From: an uncultured virus (IMG/VR IMGVR_UViG_3300049734_000160)
Taxonomy: Duplodnaviria; Heunggongvirae; Uroviricota; Caudoviricetes
Virus record (IMG/VR): IMGVR_UViG_3300049734_000160
Strand: one strand, 5' to 3'
Length of the DNA stretch: 64,000 nucleotides
The position numbers were made by a program, and so were the translations under genes. This document shows, one piece after another, positions 56,902 to 64,000 of the stretch. A model generated the notes under the pieces. The model saw only the letters and a list, made by a program, of their open reading frames with translations. It did no database searches and was not told the DNA's origin. Position 1 is the stretch's first letter. Every line of letters begins with the position of its first letter.

Positions 56902-59187
56902 ATGGACACACAAATACTGGGTTTTCCCGTCCCGAACTGGCGTTACGGGGGGAGTACCGGCTTTTTGCGTCTCTACGCTAACGTCAACTGGACCGACATC
57001 GACGGCATCCCGCATATGGCCGGCACTCCCGGCGATAGCGAAGGCTTCTTTCAGGAGGTTTCTTTCGCGGTCTCCGGGACCAGCGCCCAGATACCCGCTT
57101 TCTTTACGCCCGCCACCGTCAACTCGCCCGATCATCCAAACGTGCGCCTTACCGGTGTGCTCTTTGACGAGGACGGCATGCCGCACGAAGAGCTTTTTAC
57201 TGACTGGCAAGTGCCCGCAGTGGAGACGCTGACCTGGGTTGACTGGACCATCTATAACCACGCGAAGCCCGCGCCGCTGGGCGACTGCTTTGTGACGCGG
57301 GAAATGTTGCTCGCGGCCCTGACGGCAATTCCGGAAACGGAACCGGAATTCATACCAGCATCGGATTACAACGTCGTCGACGACGCAGAGATAGTGGAGA
57401 ACGCTTCTATCGGCGCCGCCGATCTCAAACTCCTTAATGCCCCAGGCGCCGCTTTTACTTCGCAACTAAGTGGCCGCGTCTGCGCTATCGCCGGCGCCGG
57501 CCCGGGTGGCGCCACTCTCATCACGCAAATAACCGGCGTGCTCTCCCCGACCTCGTTGACCGTGCTCGATGCTGCGGCGGGAGCGATTGCGAACACCCGC
57601 ATGGTCCATGGCACGGATAACACGACCGCCTTGCAGAACGCGCTGAATGCGGCCAGCCTCAACACTAAAACCCGCATCGTGCGTCTCTCGGTGGGCAACT
57701 ATCTGTTTGCTACCGGCTCGCTGACTATCCCGCAGGGCGTTACGCTGCAGGGTTCGTGGGCCTACCCGCCGGACCAGATGGGCTATCGCTACGCGGCGGA
57801 AGTTAAGCCGATGGCTGGGCAGGGCACGACACTGGTAATCGTGGCCGGCGAGGGTACTGCCGGTCGTTTTATCTTCGTCAACAGCCAGGCGGCCGTGCGC
57901 GGCCTGTCACTCTTCTATCCGGCGCAACTGCCGACGCGGGCCACGCCGCTGGTCTTTCCCTGGACCATCGAAATGTTCGGCTCCGGTCCAGTGGTCGAAA
58001 ATCTCGAGCTCGTCAATTCTTATCAGGGGATTTACTCGCATATCGGCCAGCGCCATACCGTCCGCAACGTCAAAGGCCAGCCGTTGCTCTTTGGTCTCTA
58101 CGCCTCACAACTGCTGGACACGTCATTATTCGAAAACATCAACTTTGTGCCGATCTATATGTGGTCCACGACTGAGGGGCCGCCCTACACCATTCACAAC
58201 CTGGAACAGTGGCGCCACAAAAACGGCACCGCGTTCAAGTTTGGCCGGGTAGATAACGCGGTCTGTAGCAACCTCTTCACCTACATGTCGTTCATTGGCT
58301 TCAAGTTCGTGATCGATCCGGCAGAGGGGACCTCCTATGCGGGCGGCACTGGCGCGCCCGGAGGCCGGGCCTGGGTGCAGTTCAATTCCTGTGGCGCTGA
58401 TACTTGCGCCTATCCGGTGGACATCGACGACGTGCAGGGCGCGGACGCGACCTCGGCCGTGGGCGTCGATTTCTCTGACGGGTTCTTCGCCGCCGCTACC
58501 TGGCCCGGCATCAGCTTCTCGCCGACGCCGCCCTTGCATGCTGTCTACGCGCGCGGCACCTTTACCGGCCGCCTGGGGCTGAGCAACTGTCGCAGCAACC
58601 TCGCGGCTAAGACCATCGTCTGCGAAGGTAACGGCCGCATCAACGTCGATCAGTTCTACTTTCAGGCCTGGACCAGCAATGCCGTAGTCGTCAGCGCCGG
58701 TGACGTTTCAGTTACCGGAAGCACCTTTAAGCAAGGCTCGGCTACGCCGGTGATTCTGGTTACCGGCAGCCCCTGGCTCACGGTCGCCGGCAACGTGATC
58801 GAGTACGACGACACGGGCACTACCATCTTTTCCATTTCCGCGACGGCGAACTTTTCCGAAGCCGGCAATGTTGACGCGCTGGGCTGCAAATGGGAGACGC
58901 AGGCGATGGGTAACTCGTGGGTGAATTATGGCGCCGGCTATCATGACGTCGCCTATCGCAAACAAGATGGCAAGGTGAGATTCCGTGGCACCATCAAGAA
59001 TGGGACTACCGGCGTCCTCTTCACCCTGCCGGCGCGTTACCGGCCACCGGGGCACGCTTTCTTCACGTTACCCAATAACAACAGTTTCGCCAACGTCCAG
59101 GTCGCGACCGACGGCCAGGTACAGATCGCTACGCTGAACAACAACGTCTCTCTCAGTTTGGACCAGATCCAGTATTCGATCAGATAG
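56902..59187 (+). CDS. tailspike / beta-helix (pectate-lyase-like) depolymerase
   Basis: GTDNTTALQNALNAA...GNYL...LTIPQGVTLQG; C-terminal fibre-tip-like LFTLPARYRP domain. Confidence 0.8.
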   Translation: MDTQILGFPVPNWRYGGSTGFLRLYANVNWTDIDGIPHMAGTPGDSEGFFQEVSFAVSGTSAQIPAFFTPATVNSPDHPNVRLTGVLFDEDGMPHEELFTDWQVPAVETLTWVDWTIYNHAKPAPLGDCFVTREMLLAALTAIPETEPEFIPASDYNVVDDAEIVENASIGAADLKLLNAPGAAFTSQLSGRVCAIAGAGPGGATLITQITGVLSPTSLTVLDAAAGAIANTRMVHGTDNTTALQNALNAASLNTKTRIVRLSVGNYLFATGSLTIPQGVTLQGSWAYPPDQMGYRYAAEVKPMAGQGTTLVIVAGEGTAGRFIFVNSQAAVRGLSLFYPAQLPTRATPLVFPWTIEMFGSGPVVENLELVNSYQGIYSHIGQRHTVRNVKGQPLLFGLYASQLLDTSLFENINFVPIYMWSTTEGPPYTIHNLEQWRHKNGTAFKFGRVDNAVCSNLFTYMSFIGFKFVIDPAEGTSYAGGTGAPGGRAWVQFNSCGADTCAYPVDIDDVQGADATSAVGVDFSDGFFAAATWPGISFSPTPPLHAVYARGTFTGRLGLSNCRSNLAAKTIVCEGNGRINVDQFYFQAWTSNAVVVSAGDVSVTGSTFKQGSATPVILVTGSPWLTVAGNVIEYDDTGTTIFSISATANFSEAGNVDALGCKWETQAMGNSWVNYGAGYHDVAYRKQDGKVRFRGTIKNGTTGVLFTLPARYRPPGHAFFTLPNNNSFANVQVATDGQVQIATLNNNVSLSLDQIQYSIR

Positions 59188-59197
59188 GAGCAACGCC

Positions 59198-59389
59198 ATG
59201 ACGCTGATAGGAATGTTCATCTTCCTCATTATTCTCGGGGTCGTGCTGTGGCTACTGCGCGGCAAAATCGATCCGACCGTTCACACAATCCTGATCATTC
59301 TGGTGTGTGTGTTCTTTTGCCTGTGGCTCTTGAGCATCTTTGGGCTGGTCCATCTGCCCAGTGGTCTACAACCGGCGCCCGCTAAATAG
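59198..59389 (+). CDS. small two-TM membrane protein (holin-like)
   Basis: 63 aa, two hydrophobic helices, AGGAG SD. Confidence 0.6.
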   Translation: MTLIGMFIFLIILGVVLWLLRGKIDPTVHTILIILVCVFFCLWLLSIFGLVHLPSGLQPAPAK

Positions 59390-59391
59390 CC

Positions 59392-60822
59392 ATGGCTGTA
59401 ACCGTCAAAACCCGGGAGAGAAAACGTCCGATCTTCGTGACCAGGGCGACTGTGTCTCCGCCGCTCGCGGAATCGGTGCCAACACTCGATCCGGTGCCGA
59501 TGGCGCCCGACGCGCTGCCGCCGGAACTGTTGCCGACTCGCCCGGGTACGCCGGCCGTCGATGCGTTTTACACGCATCCAGCGCCCGTCCCGGAAGTAGT
59601 AGTGCCCGATGAGCAGGCGACGCCGGAAGCAGCGAACGCGGAACTGCCCACCTACCTTGGACCAGTAGAAGCGGCTGCCGCGCGCGTGCGCGCCCTCGAG
59701 AATGCCCCCTTGCCGACATACAGCCGTAAACGGGCAGCGCTGGCCGGCGGGCTATACGGTCTCAGCAAGGGGCTGGCGACGGGCAACATCGGCGCGGGTA
59801 TCGGCGCGGGTATCGCCGGTACCGTCGGCGGCGCCGTTCGGCCGCAACGCATTGCCTACCTGCAACGGCAAGACGAAATCGCCGAAGAGCAGGAACGGTT
59901 CAAACGCGAAGTCGGACGCGCTACAGCGATCGGCACGCTGGAGTCGCAAGCGGCGCTCGCTAAGCAGCGGCGCGACAAGGCGCAGCACGACGAGCTAACC
60001 GCGGCGCGGGCGGCGAAGGACAAAAGAATTGCGCGGCTCATGCAGCAGTTGTCACCGGCCCGGCTGGATAAGTATGACCCGACGGATAAGAGTCATGCTG
60101 CGTCACAGCAGATCCTGAAAGAAGCAACCGAGCTTGGCATCGCCGATCAACTCGTTCCTTTCACGAAGCCGGAAGGGGCGCCGCAGCATATCAAAGTGCT
60201 GGGCGTTACTTATGTCTGGAACAACAAGACCAGGGAGTACGAAAAGGCCAGAGGCATTCCGGAAGAGCCGATGGTGGAAATCGAAGGACCGCAGGGGAAG
60301 GGGTATATCGGGCTGCCGCAATGGTACCAGGGCGATCTCAATAGACAGGCGCGCGACTACAGCACCCAGCAAACCGACCAGCGGCGCGCGGAAGATGAAT
60401 ACCGCAAAGAGCAGGAGAAGCGCGACCAGCAGCGGAAAGAGGCGGCCGACATTATCTCGGATTTGGAGGAAAGCCGGCAGGACTACTACGACCTTAAATT
60501 CAGGGCGGAACAGTCGGCAAAAGCGGAACAGTCGGCCTCACCAGCGGGAAAGGCGACGGCGGCAGAGGCCCGAGAGACCTGGGAATACCACCGCGACAAG
60601 GCACTCTCAAAAGCGAAAGCCCTGATGAAGAAGCTCGGCGGTTACGGTCACCTGTATGAAACCGGGCTCGGTTCTGACGGCGTGCCTTACGTGAAAGAGC
60701 GCGTCGAGGCCGGGGCTCCGCCCGCAGTTCCCGTCTATGGACCAACGCGCCAGGCGCCGGCGCCGTTGTTACCCACGCGCCAGGGGTCAAAGAGGTACGA
60801 CGTTTCCCGATACTTGCAGTGA
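59392..60822 (+). CDS. ejection / internal virion protein
   Basis: Pro-rich N-terminus, Gly-zipper segment, coiled coils; precedes the SLT gene. Confidence 0.55.
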   Translation: MAVTVKTRERKRPIFVTRATVSPPLAESVPTLDPVPMAPDALPPELLPTRPGTPAVDAFYTHPAPVPEVVVPDEQATPEAANAELPTYLGPVEAAAARVRALENAPLPTYSRKRAALAGGLYGLSKGLATGNIGAGIGAGIAGTVGGAVRPQRIAYLQRQDEIAEEQERFKREVGRATAIGTLESQAALAKQRRDKAQHDELTAARAAKDKRIARLMQQLSPARLDKYDPTDKSHAASQQILKEATELGIADQLVPFTKPEGAPQHIKVLGVTYVWNNKTREYEKARGIPEEPMVEIEGPQGKGYIGLPQWYQGDLNRQARDYSTQQTDQRRAEDEYRKEQEKRDQQRKEAADIISDLEESRQDYYDLKFRAEQSAKAEQSASPAGKATAAEARETWEYHRDKALSKAKALMKKLGGYGHLYETGLGSDGVPYVKERVEAGAPPAVPVYGPTRQAPAPLLPTRQGSKRYDVSRYLQ

Positions 60823-60825
60823 GAA

Positions 60826-63800
60826 ATGGACCAGGCACAGAACAACAAACCCAAATCCGCGCAAATGACCTTGCGGGAGTTTATTGACGCCTACGGCGAA
60901 AAGCTGGGTGTTCCCCGCCAACTCCGCGAATCAATCTTCGAACAAGAGTCCAACTGGAACCATTACTGGCCTAATGGTTCGGTAAAGGTCTCACCGAAAG
61001 GCGCGCGTGGCGTGGGCCAACTAATGCCGGACACGGCCCGGCGGCTGGGCGTCGCGGATATTGACGATCCGATTCAAAACGCCGAAGGCTCGCTGCGGCT
61101 CCAGAAACAGCTTTATGAGAAATACCTGAAAGCGCAGGGTGACCCGAACGAAGCGGCGCTGCTGGCGGCGGCAGCCTATAACGCCGGCGAGGGCGCGGTG
61201 GATAAGTTCAGGGGCGTGCCGCGCTATCGGGAGACTCAGAATTACGCGACCCGACTGGCCCAACAGTTAAAGGCGAATCCGATTCAGGGTCTGCCGACCC
61301 GAGCCGTCGCGCCGCAACAGAAACCCATTGCGCCAGTTACTCCGCCCACGCCAACCCGGCCCGCTCCCGCGCCGTTTGCCCCTCCGCCCCTGCCGTCGAA
61401 TGAGCCCGTCGAACTCGGTGAAGCGCCGCCGGTTCCTACCCGGCCGGCGACGCTCGCCGAATTCCAGGAGCAAGAGCCGCCGCCCTACATGGGACCGGCC
61501 TTGACGTCGCCGCCACCCCTCGGGGCGCCGGTCTTGCCCGATCCGGCGACGCTGCCCATTACACAGCAAGCGATGGCGGCGACACCAATGTGGGTGCCGA
61601 AGGAATTCTCGCCGCGGCCACCAGTCGGGTTACCAACCCGGCGCCCGCAACGAACGCGCGCGCCTGGTACGCTCAATGTGGCAGTGCGAAACGCGCTCCG
61701 CAATCCGGAACAACTGGGCCGGGATCTCGAAGCGCACTTCGGCCCGGATGCTCTCTCCGTGATACGCAACCTGAGCCCGCAGCAGCGACGGCAGATGGTC
61801 TATATGGCCAATCGGGCCGCGGCCCAGGATGCGCGCAAGAAAGCGGAGCACTACAAGCAAACCGGACAATGGCTCGAAATACCCCGGCCACCAATTGAAG
61901 AGAATCGCAAGCGAGTCGGAGCGCCACCTTTGGGCACTACGAGCATTGCCGACCTTCGTATGCGTGACGACACGCGCGCGGTACTGGCCGACCTGAAACG
62001 CCAGGATGATGCGCTGCTGACCGCGCCCGGCTCCATGCCGGGCCGCACGGTACCCTCGATTGAAGAATTCATGCCGGCCCCGGAGAAGCCGGTGACCTTC
62101 GAAGAAGATCGCGCCAAGCGAGTCGAAGCCACGCGACCGATCATAGGCCGGGGCGAATTCCTGCAGCGCGACGAGCCCGCGGCAGCGCGACAAGCAAAGC
62201 TCTTGAATGAAGCGCGCGATCGCGCAGCGCGAGAAGTAGCCGCCGAAGTAGCCGCCGGGCATCAGCCTACTTATCAGAAGTTGATGAGCAATCGCGCCCA
62301 GGGCTGGGGCGAGTTCCTCGAAGGTAAGGTGGAAGAGAAAGCCAGCGGGTATGTGGCGAACTTCCGCGAACGTGAAGATCGACTGACCGCGGTGGAGCAA
62401 GGCCTGGCCGGGGAGGTCCCTTTGAAAGCGCTCAGCAAAGAGGAAGCGCGCGATCGGGCCGCCAAAGAGGTAGCCGCGGAGGTAGCGGGAGGCCATCAGC
62501 CTACTTACGAAAAATTGATGAGCACTCGTGCTCAGGGTTGGGGCGATTACCTGGAACAGAAGGTAGCGGAGAGAACCGGTCAATACGTTAGAGAGGCGCG
62601 CGCGGAGCAAAGCCAGGTCCCCCGGCTGGGTCTAATGGATAAGCTGCGCGAACTTAGTGAGAAGCCCAGCCAGGTTGTGCCGTTTTTAAGAAGCGCCTCC
62701 AACATAGTCGACCTGCTTGAACTGGGCCTGTCCGCTGAACGGGTCTCCAAGGGGGAGGGCACTGAAGAGGACGAGTTGAAGATTCGCGAGTATCAGGTGG
62801 CGGGTCAACAGGACCAGACGATGGGATACAAGATCGCCAATATCGTCTCGGCGCTGCCCGGCTTTGCCCTTGAATTAGGGGCGACCAGTGGGGCCTTCAC
62901 CTTTGGCCGCGAGGCTGCGGTTCGAGGCCTGGAAAAACTCATCACCAAAAAAGGCCTGGGAATGCTGGAACAGAAGCTGACCGGGAAGCTACTCAGCAAG
63001 AGCATTCAGAACATCGCGGGAGCGGCCGCGCAAACCATCCCTGCCGGCGCGGCCAGTATCCCCGAAGGAGTTCTATACCGCCAGCGCGAGGGAAAAGATT
63101 TTGCTACGGCCTTAGCCGAAACCCTGGGCGACCAGTTCATTGAAGTTGCCTCTGAGCGTACCGGGGGCATCTTTTCTCATATCCCCGTACCCAAACGGCT
63201 GGCGGCTATCCGTGACGCAATCACCGCCAGGTGGATCGCTAAATCACCAGGAAGAACCGCGGCCCAACTACAAAAGCTGGTTGAGAAAACCGGCTGGCAT
63301 GGCCCATTAGGGGAAGTGTTCGAAGAGCGCGTGGGAGACATCGCGCGCTACACCGCGGGGCTGCAGGATTATCCAATTGCAGGCGCTGAGGGCGGTTGGC
63401 GCGGAGTCGCTGAGCAGCTTCTGACCGAAGGGCTCGCCTTCAGCGTTCCTTCAGCCGGCGCCGCTGCTGCTACTCGCCTGGAACGCAAGGCCCCGCAAGT
63501 AGCAAAGGCTGTTCAGCGCGGCGCTTCGCGGTTGCTGGAATTAGCGGGTGGGAAACCCGCAGCGCCGACACCCGAGGCCCCTGCGGCGGAAGCTCCCGAG
63601 CCCAAGACCGAGTTTGCCGGCGGTTGGACCATGCCGGATGAGGCGGCAATCCAAGACGTCGTTAAGTTCAGCGAGCATGAGAATGTCGCGGCGCGGCAAG
63701 AGATTGATTTCACGGAACACTTCGGTGAGTACGGGTTAGAGCGCGCCGAAGTGGCGCGGCAGTATTTACCGCAGCTTCGTCAACGCTTCGAAAGGCTGCA

Positions 63801-64000
63801 GAAAATAAAGCAGGTGCTGAGCGAGGGAGAACTGAGCGAAGCGGACCGCGAGAAACTCACCGGCGCCTACAACGATTTCGTGCAGGACTATCAGGCCGCC
63901 TACAACGAATTCCGCGAGGGCTTTGACCATCAAGCCTCCGAACGACTGCGCGCCCTGGTGGAGCGTGATGAATTCGAGGACGTTGACCGAAGTGGCGCGG
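60826..64000 (+). CDS. large ejection protein with N-terminal lytic transglycosylase (SLT); 3'-truncated and absent from the ORF track
   Basis: hand translation: QESNWN...SPKGARGVGQLMPDTA...AYNAGEGAV...PRYRETQNY; frame appears open to the window end. Confidence 0.85.
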   Translation, partial: MDQAQNNKPKSAQMTLREFIDAYGEKLGVPRQLRESIFEQESNWNHYWPNGSVKVSPKGARGVGQLMPDTARRLGVADIDDPIQNAEGSLRLQKQLYEKYLKAQGDPNEAALLAAAAYNAGEGAVDKFRGVPRYRETQNYATRLAQQLKANPIQGLPTRAVAPQQKPIAPVTPPTPTRPAPAPFAPPPLPSNEPVELGEAPPVPTRPATLAEFQEQEPPPYMGPALTSPPPLGAPVLPDPATLPITQQAMAATPMWVPKEFSPRPPVGLPTRRPQRTRAPGTLNVAVRNALRNPEQLGRDLEAHFGPDALSVIRNLSPQQRRQMVYMANRAAAQDARKKAEHYKQTGQWLEIPRPPIEENRKRVGAPPLGTTSIADLRMRDDTRAVLADLKRQDDALLTAPGSMPGRTVPSIEEFMPAPEKPVTFEEDRAKRVEATRPIIGRGEFLQRDEPAAARQAKLLNEARDRAAREVAAEVAAGHQPTYQKLMSNRAQGWGEFLEGKVEEKASGYVANFREREDRLTAVEQGLAGEVPLKALSKEEARDRAAKEVAAEVAGGHQPTYEKLMSTRAQGWGDYLEQKVAERTGQYVREARAEQSQVPRLGLMDKLRELSEKPSQVVPFLRSASNIVDLLELGLSAERVSKGEGTEEDELKIREYQVAGQQDQTMGYKIANIVSALPGFALELGATSGAFTFGREAAVRGLEKLITKKGLGMLEQKLTGKLLSKSIQNIAGAAAQTIPAGAASIPEGVLYRQREGKDFATALAETLGDQFIEVASERTGGIFSHIPVPKRLAAIRDAITARWIAKSPGRTAAQLQKLVEKTGWHGPLGEVFEERVGDIARYTAGLQDYPIAGAEGGWRGVAEQLLTEGLAFSVPSAGAAAATRLERKAPQVAKAVQRGASRLLELAGGKPAAPTPEAPAAEAPEPKTEFAGGWTMPDEAAIQDVVKFSEHENVAARQEIDFTEHFGEYGLERAEVARQYLPQLRQRFERLQKIKQVLSEGELSEADREKLTGAYNDFVQDYQAAYNEFREGFDHQASERLRALVERDEFEDVDRSGA

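Noticed and set aside
53350..59187. Diversity-generating retroelement acting on fibre genes
   Set aside because: No reverse transcriptase and no TR/VR pair differing at adenines was seen.

Overview
The whole window is one continuous stretch of a GC-rich (about 60% by eye) temperate, podovirus-like tailed phage genome with no recognisable host genes. Modules in order: (1) 901-17722 (+) portal, scaffold, major capsid, three related neck/ring proteins, tail-tube/nozzle-like protein, a tail protein ending in a Hint domain, GNAT and pilot-like proteins; (2) 17688-20430 (-) tyrosine integrase operon next to an intact attP carrying the 3' half of tRNA-Arg(CCG) and paired arm-type repeats; (3) 22133-34649 cI/cro switch, recombination and replication genes; (4) 34716-43923 (-) array of small 'early' ORFs punctuated by six related ~51-59 nt hairpins and a shared ACGAAAGGACAACAACA start motif; (5) about 44000-47100 divergent, strand-skewed region that may be the packaging end; (6) 47233-64000 (+) tail fibre/spike genes, a 1070-aa signal-peptide protein, and a lytic-transglycosylase ejection protein that runs off the window. 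Terminase and endolysin are not visible. The most striking observation is a gene behind the integrase (18391-18720) with an in-frame UGA in a W-UGA-Y context followed by a bacterial SECIS-like hairpin, a candidate phage selenoprotein. All product names come from motif recognition and synteny, not database searches.
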